Shown: positions 10,329-19,774 of the stretch, piece after piece
Layout: every line of letters starts with the position of its first letter
How positions within the stretch are numbered: position 1 is the stretch's first letter
NCBI GenBank assembly: GCA_963666345.1
Contig: OY762721.1
Coordinates: forward strand, 3,136,001-3,200,000
Length of the DNA stretch: 64,000 bases
Direction of reading: 5' to 3'
Origin: Desulfatiglandales bacterium
GTDB taxonomy: Bacteria; Desulfobacterota; DSM-4660; Desulfatiglandales; Desulfatiglandaceae
Program-made: the position numbers and the translations under genes
Notes under the pieces: generated by a model
The model's database searches: none
The model's input: the letters and a program-made list of their open reading frames with translations, nothing else
Told to the model about the DNA's origin: nothing

Positions 10329-11069
10329 ATGAAACAGGTTTTCAGAAGGCCTGAGGCCCTGGTAGATGTGCCTTTCCATTTCTGTCCGGGATGCCATCAT
10401 GGCATAATCCACAGACTGGTGGCCGAGGCGATTGATCAATTCGCTCTGAGGGAAAAGACGATCGGAGTCGCCTCTGTGGGCTGTTCGGTTTTTCTCTATG
10501 ATTATTTTAACGTTGACGTTGTCGAGGCGCCCCATGGAAGGGCCGCCGCCGTGGCTACAGGCGTAAAGCGTGCAATGCCGGATAATTTCGTTTTTACCTA
10601 TCAGGGTGACGGCGATCTGGCGGCTATCGGGACTGCCGAGATAATACATGCCGGTAACAGGGGTGAGAATCTTACGGTGATATTCGTCAACAATATGGTC
10701 TTCGGAATGACCGGAGGTCAGATGGCTCCCACCACCATGGCCGGCCAGGAGACGACAACCACCCCTTACGGAAGGGATCCCGAATCAAACGGTTACCCGA
10801 TCAGAATGTCCGAGGTCATGGCACAGCTGCCGGGTACCACGTTCGTGGCAAGGGCGTCAGTGAGCGATCCAAAGAACCTTATGAAGGCCAAAAAGATGAT
10901 CAGGAGGGCGGTAGAGGTTCAGGTAAACAGGGAGGGTTTCGGATTTGTTGAATTGCTTTCAGCCTGCCCTACCAACTGGAAGATGAGCCCTCAGGACGCC
11001 ACAAAGAGGGTTCAGGAGGAGATGTCCTCCTATTTTCCGTTAGGAGTCTATAAAGGGGAGGTTGATTGA
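10329..11069 (+). CDS. 2-oxoacid:ferredoxin oxidoreductase beta subunit (TPP-binding)
   Basis: [35 protein letters not shown]. Confidence 0.93.
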   Translation: MKQVFRRPEALVDVPFHFCPGCHHGIIHRLVAEAIDQFALREKTIGVASVGCSVFLYDYFNVDVVEAPHGRAAAVATGVKRAMPDNFVFTYQGDGDLAAIGTAEIIHAGNRGENLTVIFVNNMVFGMTGGQMAPTTMAGQETTTTPYGRDPESNGYPIRMSEVMAQLPGTTFVARASVSDPKNLMKAKKMIRRAVEVQVNREGFGFVELLSACPTNWKMSPQDATKRVQEEMSSYFPLGVYKGEVD

Positions 11070-11617
11070 TGTATTTTGACTGTATATTCGCTGGGTTCGG
11101 CGGGCAGGGGGTCATGCTCATGGGAAATATCCTTGCCTACGCCGCAATCGGTGAAAAGAAAAAGGTTACCTATATGCCCGTATACGGCGTTGAGATGAGG
11201 GGTGGAACCGCAAACTGCACGGTTGTTATCTCGGACAGGGATATCGGCTCCCCTATCATACAGAGCCCCTTGACCGCGGTGGTGATGAATCTTCCATCCA
11301 TGGAAAAGTTTGCTCCCAGGGTGAAAAAAGGGGGCCTGGTCGTGGTGAATTCATCCCTGGTGCCGAAGGAGGAGGTAAATACAAAGGGAGTAGAGAGCCT
11401 CATGGTGCCGAGTAATGAACTGGCGGAGGAGCTTGGAAACGACAGACTTGCAAATATGGTCGTGCTTGGCGCGGCAATAGAAAAGAGCGGTGTCGTGGCG
11501 CTTGATTCCGTTAAAAAGGCCCTTTATCCGGCACTTGACCCCAGGTATCACAAGATGATAAACATTAATACAGAGGCCCTTGAAAGGGGAGCCAGGTTTG
11601 TACGGGAAGGAGTATAG
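11066..11617 (+). CDS. 2-oxoacid:ferredoxin oxidoreductase gamma subunit
   Basis: [27 protein letters not shown]. Confidence 0.93.
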   Translation: MMYFDCIFAGFGGQGVMLMGNILAYAAIGEKKKVTYMPVYGVEMRGGTANCTVVISDRDIGSPIIQSPLTAVVMNLPSMEKFAPRVKKGGLVVVNSSLVPKEEVNTKGVESLMVPSNELAEELGNDRLANMVVLGAAIEKSGVVALDSVKKALYPALDPRYHKMININTEALERGARFVREGV

Positions 11618-11664
11618 GACGACCCTTGTGCAGTTAAGCGAGCGACTTGAGCTGAAAGGTCATT

Positions 11665-12366
11665 ATGGAAAAAAAAGGTGAAAAGGATGTCGAAAGGGAT
11701 GCCTACCAGGATTTTCTAGGTGAGGTTTCAGGTCGGTTTTCAGGTGGAGATGAAGAGCGGGCCTTTATGGACAGCATCGGATCCGGCACGCCTGATGAGG
11801 AGTTACCGGTAAAGGTGGGAGAGCGGGTCCGGATGGTGAGGGAAGAGCGTGGATTGAGCCTCAACGATATCTCCCGGAGGACCGGTATTGATGTGCAGAT
11901 TCTTGAACAGGTGGAGGATGGGTCTGTGGCGCCTCCTTTGGGAACGGTCATAAGGCTTGCAAAGGCGCTTGACATGAAGATGGGCTATTTTATCTCAGGT
12001 GAGGAAAACCAGCCCTACACCATTGTGCAGCAGGGAGATCGAAAGGTGGTGTCCCGCTACGATTCGGAAAAAGACAAACAATACGGATACGAATATGAGT
12101 CTCTGGCACCGCACAAAAAGGACAGGCACATGGAACCCTTCCTTGTAACCCTGAGCCCCTCCAAGACGGAAGAGGAGAGATCCACCCATGACGGGCAGGA
12201 ATTTATATATGTCATCAGGGGGCAGATGGAGGTGCGCCTGGGAGATGAGGTACATGTCCTGAAACCTAGGGACAGCATATACTACGACTCGACCATGCCT
12301 CACCTTGTGAAATGTCACGGGCAAGAGGAAACCAAGATCCTGGCGGTACTTTACACAGAAAGATGA
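11665..12366 (+). CDS. XRE-family HTH regulator with C-terminal cupin
   Basis: HTH (VGERVRMVREERGLSL...), cupin HDGQEFIYV...YYDSTMPH. Confidence 0.9.
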   Translation: MEKKGEKDVERDAYQDFLGEVSGRFSGGDEERAFMDSIGSGTPDEELPVKVGERVRMVREERGLSLNDISRRTGIDVQILEQVEDGSVAPPLGTVIRLAKALDMKMGYFISGEENQPYTIVQQGDRKVVSRYDSEKDKQYGYEYESLAPHKKDRHMEPFLVTLSPSKTEEERSTHDGQEFIYVIRGQMEVRLGDEVHVLKPRDSIYYDSTMPHLVKCHGQEETKILAVLYTER

Positions 12367-12367
12367 T

Positions 12368-13228
12368 ATGCCCCTTTTAGGCGCCCATATGTCTATTGCA
12401 GGGGGGCTGGAAAACGCCCTTTTGAGGGGTAGAAAGAGGGGTTGCAGCGCAATCCAGATCTTTACCCGAAACAGCAACCGCTGGGATGTAAAACCCCTTG
12501 AAAAAGATGAAACAGGCAGGTTTCAAAGGGCTAGAAAAGAAACCGGGGTTGAGCCTGTAGCGGTCCATGACAGTTATCTCATAAACCTTGCATCCCCGAG
12601 GCAGGAGGTGAGGGACAGGTCGCTTAAGGCGCTTTTCGAGGAGATAAAAAGGACCGAGGCGCTCAACATACCCTATCTTGTCATGCACCCGGGGGCACAT
12701 CTTGGGCAGGGCGAGAAGGCGGGAATCAAAAGGGTGTCGGATGCCTTTGACCTTATATTGGAACGCTGCGGTAAGACTACTGTAACCATACTGCTTGAGA
12801 CTACCGCAGGGCAGGGCTCGTCACTGGGATACCGTTTTGAGCATATTGCCGGAATAATCGAGCGCGTCAGAAAAAAGGAGCGCTTCGGTGTGTGCCTTGA
12901 TACATGCCACATATTCGCTGCAGGCTATGATTTCAGGACGCCTGGGACATATGCGGATTTGATCGGGAGTTTTGATGAAACAATAGGCCTTGACCGGCTC
13001 AGGCTTTTTCACTTCAATGATTCGAAAAAGGATCCCGGTTCCCGTGTCGATCGGCATGAACATCTTGGCAGGGGTAAAATAGGGAAGACCGGATTGTCCT
13101 TTTTCCTCAAGGACCCCCGCTTCCGGGACATTCCTTTTGTGCTTGAAACGCCTAAGGGGGCCGACCCGAACGGTGATGACTGGGATGAAGTTAATCTGAA
13201 ATTCATGAGAGAGATTCTGGAGGAATAA
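12368..13228 (+). CDS. nfo: Endonuclease IV (AP endonuclease)
   Basis: GAHMSIAGG, HDSYLINLAS, LETTAGQG, CLDTCHIFAAGYD, HFNDSK, DRHEHLG. Confidence 0.96.
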   Translation: MPLLGAHMSIAGGLENALLRGRKRGCSAIQIFTRNSNRWDVKPLEKDETGRFQRARKETGVEPVAVHDSYLINLASPRQEVRDRSLKALFEEIKRTEALNIPYLVMHPGAHLGQGEKAGIKRVSDAFDLILERCGKTTVTILLETTAGQGSSLGYRFEHIAGIIERVRKKERFGVCLDTCHIFAAGYDFRTPGTYADLIGSFDETIGLDRLRLFHFNDSKKDPGSRVDRHEHLGRGKIGKTGLSFFLKDPRFRDIPFVLETPKGADPNGDDWDEVNLKFMREILEE

Positions 13229-13235
13229 TTTCCAA

Positions 13236-13655
13236 ATGATGGTGTTTGATCTTGAGTGCTCCAGGGGCCATACATTCGAGGGCTGGTTTGACAGCCTTGA
13301 GGCCTTTGAGGAGCAGCAGATAAAAAAGATGATCACCTGCCCTTTCTGTGATGATATCGAGATCAGAAAAGTCCTTTCACCCGTGTCTGTAAGCAGCGGG
13401 TCTTCCAGGCCGGTGCCGCAGGGGGCCATTGACTACAAAAAACTGGCGATGGAAGTCAGCGATTACATGCAGAAAAATTTTGAAGATGTGGGAACCAAGT
13501 TCGCCGCCGAGGCCCTTAAGATGCATTACGGCGTCTCTGAAAAAAGAAATATAAGGGGTTCTGCAACACAGGAAGAGGAAAATACCCTTGCCAGCGAAGG
13601 GGTGGAGTTTTTCAAGGTGCCTTTACCGAAAACGGATGACAAAAAAAAGAATTAG
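13236..13655 (+). CDS. DUF1178 family Zn-ribbon protein
   Basis: FDLECSRGHTFEGWF, CPFC, FEDVGTKFAAEALKMHYG. Confidence 0.88.
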   Translation: MMVFDLECSRGHTFEGWFDSLEAFEEQQIKKMITCPFCDDIEIRKVLSPVSVSSGSSRPVPQGAIDYKKLAMEVSDYMQKNFEDVGTKFAAEALKMHYGVSEKRNIRGSATQEEENTLASEGVEFFKVPLPKTDDKKKN

Positions 13656-13703
13656 GAATTCAAGGATAAACCCTTTCACGAAATGAGAACAGGAGGAGTA
13701 TTA

Positions 13704-14300
13704 ATGGCAAAGATAGAGAGGGCGATAATCAGCGTGACCGACAAGACCGGAATAGTGGAATTTGCAAAAGCCCTTTCCCCATTTGGCGTAAAGATCCTGT
13801 CCACAGGCGGAACGGCCCGCGTAATGAGGGATGGAGGAATCGATGTCACGGATATCTCTGCATATACCGGATTTCCTGAAATGATGGACGGCCGCGTTAA
13901 GACCCTTCACCCGAAGGTGCATGGAGGCCTTCTGGGCCTGAGGAGCAATGACGAGCACATGAAGGTTATGAAGGAACATGGCATAGACACCATCGATATG
14001 GTGGTGGTAAACCTCTATCAGTTTGAAAAGACGGTGGCAAAGCAGGGAGTGAGCCTGGAAGAGGCGATAGAAAATATAGATATCGGAGGGCCCTCCATGC
14101 TCAGGTCTTCCGCCAAGAATTTCAAGGACGTGACCGTGATCGTGGACCCAGCGGACTATGAGACGGTCTTAAAGGAGATGGCGGAATCGGGCGGGGAAAC
14201 AACCCTTGAAACCAGGTTCAGGCTTGCCAGAAAGGTATTCAGGCTTACTCATGAATATGACGGCGCCATATCCGATTATCTTGAAGGGGTAGAGGTATAA
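13704..14300 (+). CDS. purH: Stand-alone IMP cyclohydrolase (N-terminal MGS-like domain of PurH only)
   Basis: [32 protein letters not shown]; stops after 198 aa with no AICAR transformylase domain. Confidence 0.88.
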   Translation: MAKIERAIISVTDKTGIVEFAKALSPFGVKILSTGGTARVMRDGGIDVTDISAYTGFPEMMDGRVKTLHPKVHGGLLGLRSNDEHMKVMKEHGIDTIDMVVVNLYQFEKTVAKQGVSLEEAIENIDIGGPSMLRSSAKNFKDVTVIVDPADYETVLKEMAESGGETTLETRFRLARKVFRLTHEYDGAISDYLEGVEV

Positions 14301-14476
14301 GACACCTCTTCGCTTTTGAGACGACTCGCTTTTTCAGCACAAGGCATGTTCTTATGGACATGCCTTTTCTTTTTGGCGCAATAGATCGCCTGAAAGGTCC
14401 GGCAGCTGCCTGAGCCGTCCATGTCAGTTTCTTTTGGCCAGGATGCGTACTTGCAGTTTAGGTCGCAGAAATCCAT
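14276..14476 (-). CDS. Small Cys-rich hypothetical protein (66 aa)
   Basis: [14 protein letters not shown]...[13 protein letters not shown]...KNMPC; five Cys; 25-nt tail-to-tail overlap with the IMP cyclohydrolase gene. Confidence 0.6.
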   Translation of the reverse strand: MDFCDLNCKYASWPKETDMDGSGSCRTFQAIYCAKKKRHVHKNMPCAEKASRLKSEEVSYTSTPSR

Positions 14477-14490
14477 TACTGTTCCATAAT

Positions 14491-14581
14491 GGTGTTGTAA
14501 AGCCCGCATCTGCCGAGTTGCGTTCGATCTTCGTCATTTCAACGTGCTCATGCACTTTGCATCTGCAGCTTTTTCAACACC
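14491..14581. repeat. Degenerate REP/MITE-like inverted-repeat element
   Basis: Ends GGTGTTGTAAAG / CTTTTTCAACACC are inverted; internal GCATCTGC occurs twice; intergenic. Confidence 0.55.
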
Positions 14582-14606
14582 CTTTTAGATCCGAAATTAT
14601 TCCGAA

Positions 14607-15290
14607 TTACTCACATTGTTTTACCCAGCGGCACACAAGAAACGCCCCGGTATCGAGACCCTCCTTTTCACCTTTTTCTTCAAGCACCTTTGCCCTGCCC
14701 GGCTCATCGGTTTTTTCGAAATGTATGGCTGATCTTGCCTCTCCCTTAAAAGGTGTGCATGACATAAGATCGTCAGGGGATCTGAAAAAGGCCTTTTTAA
14801 AAATTGCGTGTCCCTTTTTACCCGCATCCTTCCTGCGCTCCGCCCAGGGGCTGAGGCTGTTGAGAGTGGCAACTATGACCGAACCGCCCGGCCTGGTCAC
14901 TCTGAACAGTTCTTCTATGGCGATGCAGGCATCCTCGATAAACTCGATTGCTGTGACGGAAACCGCCTTGTCAAAGTAATTGTCTGAAAAGGGAAGCCTT
15001 GTCATATCCCCCGGAACCATGTGGAATGGATGGCCCGTAAGTTTTTCCCGAGCCCTTTTGAGCATCGGAATTGAAATCTCAAGTCCCACAACCTCAGCGC
15101 CCAGATCAAGCAGATCCTTCGTAAACACCCCTGTGCCGCAGCCCGCATCCAGTATCTTTTCGCCCTGTTTCGGCTCCGTCATGTCAAGTACGAGCCTTCC
15201 CTCATAATACCTGATCAGTTTACCGATCGGTGTCTGAAACCATTTGTCATATTTTTCCGGCCAGTCATCAAAGACCGTTTTATCGTTCAT
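14607..15290 (-). CDS. Class I SAM-dependent methyltransferase
   Basis: ILDAGCGTG, LPFSDNYFD, RVTRPGG; RBS GGAGG before MNDKTV. Confidence 0.9.
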   Translation of the reverse strand: MNDKTVFDDWPEKYDKWFQTPIGKLIRYYEGRLVLDMTEPKQGEKILDAGCGTGVFTKDLLDLGAEVVGLEISIPMLKRAREKLTGHPFHMVPGDMTRLPFSDNYFDKAVSVTAIEFIEDACIAIEELFRVTRPGGSVIVATLNSLSPWAERRKDAGKKGHAIFKKAFFRSPDDLMSCTPFKGEARSAIHFEKTDEPGRAKVLEEKGEKEGLDTGAFLVCRWVKQCE

Positions 15291-15700
15291 TATTCCTCCA
15301 AGCCTTAACGTTAAAAAAGCGTATAGCAATTTATCAAAATTATGAGTAGCGAAGTATAGATAATGGATGAATCAAAATCAAGAGTCATGACAGGTCCTTT
15401 TTTACTGGGGCGAGAAAAAACAGGCCTTATGCTGAACTTTTTGCCTCGGATAAAGGATTATAGAAGGCTTTCAGGGGGTATCAAATGATCTTAAGATAGC
15501 TGAATCGACGGAACATTCATAAAATGGTTATAACCGTCGTGGCTGGTGCCAAAAAAGGCTTTCTCCAATTGTCGGCTGAATCACCGCAGAGTCAATTCCA
15601 TATACCCCGTCGTGTGGTCCGGTGGGGGGAAGTCCTTTTCAGGAATTGCGGTGTCATCACTATATCGTGAGTCGTAATAGAATAATGACTTCCTGGCGCC

Positions 15701-16186
15701 TCATTTGGAAATAAACGATTCAAAGTAGAGATTTTCAACCGGTTTATCGATGTGACGGTTTACTATCTTAAGGAACTCGGCCTTTATGGCCCTCAAGTTC
15801 CCCTCTTTTACCCATTTATCTATCTGTATCTGATCAAGGCTGGTCAAAAAATCGCTTTTTATAATATGCAGCTTGCTTGTTAAATCAGATACCTGATCTT
15901 CATCTTCACAAGGAATGACCATTTCCATGGACAGTAAACCTTGTTTGCCGATATTCAGGACCGTAGCGCACTTAACTTGTTCGTTGCTTTTTTCACCCCT
16001 TATCGTCTTTAAAATCGATATGTTGGAAAGATTAAGTCGCTTCTCATAGTGAAAAAAGGCCCATGAGCAAAATATCAGGGACCCTACAATGAAGGTTGTT
16101 ACAAACCAATTTTTCTTCACATTATGTCCCACTGAGATTCTCTGATAAATTTCTATAAATAATAGCCTGACAAGTTGCTCATTCAT
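15701..16186 (-). CDS. FliL-like membrane-anchored protein (start uncertain)
   Basis: Single N-terminal TM helix; C-terminus IKAEFLKIVNRHIDKPVENLYFESF resembles the FliL end. Confidence 0.6.
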   Translation of the reverse strand: MNEQLVRLLFIEIYQRISVGHNVKKNWFVTTFIVGSLIFCSWAFFHYEKRLNLSNISILKTIRGEKSNEQVKCATVLNIGKQGLLSMEMVIPCEDEDQVSDLTSKLHIIKSDFLTSLDQIQIDKWVKEGNLRAIKAEFLKIVNRHIDKPVENLYFESFISK

Positions 16187-16281
16187 CAGTGTGAATTATA
16201 TCGCAGAAGCTTCAAAGGCTACCACGGGAGCCTGTTTGTCCGAATGAAACAATCCGTCCTTTGTTCAAAGGGGAAGCTCCA

Positions 16282-16296
16282 ACAATTACCCTGCCA
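16282..16296 (-). promoter_or_regulatory. Possible sigma54 promoter upstream of the FliL-like gene
   Basis: Minus strand TGGCAGGGTAATTGT, correct -24/-12 spacing, imperfect -12. Confidence 0.4.
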
Positions 16297-16637
16297 CAGC
16301 ATTTTCAATTAAACGCCATGCCGCTAGTTTTCACAGGGTTTTTGACATTACCTCTCGTATCATGGTTTTTCAAGCTTTTTCACAAGAAAAGCGCCTTAAT
16401 GCCGCCAGTCAGGTTCAGGCCGGAAATTGCAACCCGGTCGTTGGTTTTATGTCGTAACCATAAGAATTCGATATATCCGGATAAAAATCGAAGATAGGGC
16501 CTGTGGTGACAATTTTAATTGTGAAAAGAAAATATGGCCTTTCTAAGTTGGTGGTTTTGAGATATTATTCGATTAATCAGTGTGTTATCGAAAGCTGGAA
16601 GGCGAGGAAACCGTTAGATGTGCAGGGTTGGTGTTAG

Positions 16638-17249
16638 ATGCTGGATGATCTTATGAAGACGCAAAAAATTGGGCAAAAATGCTATAATACCGTGGGCCTG
16701 CTCAGTATTGCCGCTTTTACAATAGGCTGCGTACTTGCAATTGCTGTCAACCTGTTACATGCGGAGGAAAAAATGTCGTTTACTCTTACATCTGATGCAT
16801 TTGTCAATGGGGGGGAAATTTCCATGAAATATACATGTGAAGGCAAGGATATTTCACCGCAATTGGAATGGGAAGGGGTGCCGGAAGGTGCGCGCAGCCT
16901 TGTCCTGATAGTCGATGACCCGGATGCCCCTGATCCTGAAGCACCTAAGATGACATGGGTGCACTGGGTCCTCTACAACATACCTCCGGATGCGACCGGT
17001 CTGGCTGAAGGGGTTGTCTCGACGAGCCTTCCACCCGGAACAGAGCAAGGCGCAAATGACTGGGGAAGGACCGGCTACGGTGGCCCGTGCCCTCCTATCG
17101 GCCGACATAGATATTTTCACAAGTTATATGCCCTGGATACGGTTTTAAAAGGGCTCAATAAGCCGACCAAGCAACAGGTCGAGGCTGCTATGAAAGGGTG
17201 TATCATCGCCGTAACCGAGCTTGTCGGGACCTATGAGAAATCCAGGTAG
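16638..17249 (+). CDS. YbhB/YbcL (PEBP/Raf kinase inhibitor-like) protein, probably exported
   Basis: DDPDAP, WVHWVLYNIP, GYGGPCPP, HRYFHKLYALD; hydrophobic N-terminus. Confidence 0.92.
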   Translation: MLDDLMKTQKIGQKCYNTVGLLSIAAFTIGCVLAIAVNLLHAEEKMSFTLTSDAFVNGGEISMKYTCEGKDISPQLEWEGVPEGARSLVLIVDDPDAPDPEAPKMTWVHWVLYNIPPDATGLAEGVVSTSLPPGTEQGANDWGRTGYGGPCPPIGRHRYFHKLYALDTVLKGLNKPTKQQVEAAMKGCIIAVTELVGTYEKSR

Positions 17250-17454
17250 CCTATCGGCCGGTTTATTCCGATTTCCATTGAGGATTTCAATAAAATTCAC
17301 TATACCGGCATACTCATGACAAAGATCGCGTCAGGAGCTGTCAGGCTCGTGATTAAACAAAGGCGGGCACAAGGTCACAAGGGATAGCGATGCGAGAGAT
17401 ATCCAAGTGCCATGCCTTGAGTAACAGGTAGAGACAATTAATCGGGGGGATTAA

Positions 17455-17970
17455 ATGAATAATTTTACTGATCGTATCATAAGGGCCGCGAAGCTGGATA
17501 AAAATCTTTATGAGGAGGTGGAAGCGGACAAGGGAGCCCTGGGCCAGGCTATGACCGTGGTAGTTCTTTCCAGTCTGGCGGCAGGCATCGGGGGGCTTCA
17601 AAAGGGTGGATTAGGCATGTTTTTTATCGGAATGATTCTGGCCCTTGTCGGATGGTTTATATGGGCATACCTGACATACATCATAGGGACCAAGATTCTT
17701 CCCATGCCTGAGACAAAAGCGGATTACGGCGAACTTTTAAGGACCATCGGTTTTTCCAGTTCTCCCGGTCTGATCAGAGTGTTGGGTATCATCCCGGGAC
17801 TTGCGAATTTCATATTCATGATCGCAGGGATATGGATGCTCATAGCCATGGTCATAGCGGTAAGACAGGCGCTTGATTACACAAGCACCATGCGTGCGGT
17901 CGGTGTCTGTATTATCGGCTGGATCATACAGGCGATAGTGCTTGGAATATTTTTTGGAATGATTCATTGA
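17455..17970 (+). CDS. Yip1 family membrane protein
   Basis: About five TM helices; YEEVEAD, LLRTIGF, AVRQALDY. Confidence 0.8.
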   Translation: MNNFTDRIIRAAKLDKNLYEEVEADKGALGQAMTVVVLSSLAAGIGGLQKGGLGMFFIGMILALVGWFIWAYLTYIIGTKILPMPETKADYGELLRTIGFSSSPGLIRVLGIIPGLANFIFMIAGIWMLIAMVIAVRQALDYTSTMRAVGVCIIGWIIQAIVLGIFFGMIH

Positions 17971-18067
17971 ATTTGATTCAAGACCTGAAGCCTTGAGTGC
18001 CGGACGGAACCGATACGGGACGCCTATCGGATCAGGTCCGCTATTATTAATATCAGGAGAATGCAAA

Positions 18068-19381
18068 TTGAACTTACTTAGTAACGTTCTTAAACATGAC
18101 GTCTTTCCTTCGCTCGGCTGCACAGAACCGATTGCCGTTGCCCAGGCAGCAAGTGCCGCAGCCAGACAGCTTGACGGCGAAATATCTAAGGTCCGTATAT
18201 CCGTGGATCCGGGGGTCTACAAAAACGGTTTTGCCGTGACCATTCCAAATACCGGAGGAGAACGGGGTAACCTGATCGCAGGTGTTATCGGGGCACTGAT
18301 CAGGCGGCCCGAATTGAAAATGGAGATAATGGGGGCGGTAACCGAGGAGATCCTGGACCGCGCCAAGGAGATTATAAAAACGGGCAGAGCCGATATCGGT
18401 TGTGACAGATCAAAAAAACAGCTTTACATTGATGTGTCTGTCAGCTCGGGAAAGGATACTGCCAGGGCGGTCGTAGAAGGCTCTCACAATAACCTTGTGA
18501 GCCTGGAAATAAACGACAGGGAAATTTTAAAATCGGATAATGCCGTTGATCGCACAGGTGATGATGAGTTGAAGAACGCGTTGAGGAATTCAAGGGTCGC
18601 AGATCTGGTTGACATGGCGGAGCAGATCGACCCTGATGACTATGAATATGTAAAGCGCGGAATCGAAATGAATCTCCGCATCAGTGAAGAGGGAAAAGGC
18701 CTGAAAAAGGTGGGTTATTATATCTCCGAATTGATATCGGAGAGGCTTCGACAGGACGATCTCATTTCATCATGTGAAGTAATAACTACCTGTGCGGCTG
18801 ATGCCAGAATGGCCGGGCTGGATCTTCCCGCCATGACAAGCGGAGGAAGCGGAAACCAGGGAATTGTCACTATCCTGGTACCCTATTTGGTCGGAAAACA
18901 CTATGCCCTGGCCGAAGAAACTATTGTTCGAAGTATCGCCCTGTCCCATTTGATAAACAGTTATATAAAGAGTTTTACCGGGGATCTGTCTCCTCTTTGT
19001 GGGTGCGCTATAGCGGCGGGGGTGGGTGCCGCAGCCGCCCTCGTATATCAACGCGCAGGCAAGGATATGGAAAAGATAACCCTGGCCGTGAACAACCTGG
19101 TCAGTGACCTGGGCGGCATGCTCTGCGACGGTGCAAAGGAGGGTTGCGCCCTGAAGGTTGCAAGTTCGACAAATTCCGCAATACGTTCCGCTCACATGGC
19201 CTTGAACGGGCATGGTATTACACAGGTTGAAGGTTTTGTCGGCGATACGGCTGAAGCCACTATCCGTAATTTGAGTATTATCGGCACGGAAGGTCTGTCT
19301 CTTGCAGATAATACAACTATCGGGATAATGATAGACAAGGAGGCCAGACGAGCCGCTAATGATCAGGCTCCGGATCAATGA
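18068..19381 (+). CDS. L-cysteine desulfidase / serine dehydratase alpha-like protein (YhaM/CyuA, UPF0597)
   Basis: PSLGCTEPIAVA, SGGSGNQG, LSPLCGC, GMLCDGAKEGCALK; TTG start after AGGAG. Confidence 0.87.
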   Translation: MNLLSNVLKHDVFPSLGCTEPIAVAQAASAAARQLDGEISKVRISVDPGVYKNGFAVTIPNTGGERGNLIAGVIGALIRRPELKMEIMGAVTEEILDRAKEIIKTGRADIGCDRSKKQLYIDVSVSSGKDTARAVVEGSHNNLVSLEINDREILKSDNAVDRTGDDELKNALRNSRVADLVDMAEQIDPDDYEYVKRGIEMNLRISEEGKGLKKVGYYISELISERLRQDDLISSCEVITTCAADARMAGLDLPAMTSGGSGNQGIVTILVPYLVGKHYALAEETIVRSIALSHLINSYIKSFTGDLSPLCGCAIAAGVGAAAALVYQRAGKDMEKITLAVNNLVSDLGGMLCDGAKEGCALKVASSTNSAIRSAHMALNGHGITQVEGFVGDTAEATIRNLSIIGTEGLSLADNTTIGIMIDKEARRAANDQAPDQ

Positions 19382-19404
19382 TCAAACCTCTTATAACCAA
19401 ATAT

Positions 19405-19718
19405 GGTTCTTCTCCAATTTAGTTGTGTGAAAAGGGTTCAAGGATTCTTCGCCCTCGCTTAGCTCAGCTCAGTCCCACAGCTTCGCAGCGGGTTCCCAGC
19501 TTCCAGGGTTCCAGGGTTCAAATGGTTGATATTTAAGAATGTTATTGCTGACACATTGAATTTTATTTTGTTTGTGCGCACATATTTTATCGACTAAAAA
19601 TCAGAGTTCCATTAAATTTTTCTTTGCTTTTCACTCGCACCCTTGAACCCTCGAATCCTGACATGTTGTGCCGTGTAAAAAAGATATGCTAATTGACCAA
19701 CTAATCGGGAGAAGATCC
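19405..19718. mobile_element. 314-bp non-autonomous MITE with 21-bp TIRs and 8-bp target duplication
   Basis: Left GGTTCTTCTCCAATTTAGTTG vs right revcomp GGATCTTCTCCCGATTAGTTG (17/21); flanks CCAAATAT / ACAAATAT; internal inverted 8-mer arrays (GGGTTCMA...CCCTYGAA). Confidence 0.75.
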
Positions 19719-19774
19719 ACAAATATAGAGTTGGCGCTGCCTTGACGGGGATATCAACTGCATGAATTTATTCA

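Noticed and set aside
15575..15655. GCTGAATC plus CACCGCA/TGCGGTG pairing suggesting a c-di-AMP riboswitch
   Set aside because: Remaining conserved elements (GGGGGAACC, GGGGTGAATC) are absent and there is no downstream gene on that strand
19458..19525. TTAGCTCAG...GGTTCAAAT resembling tRNA D- and T-arms
   Set aside because: No acceptor or anticodon stems; it lies inside the MITE's 8-mer repeat array
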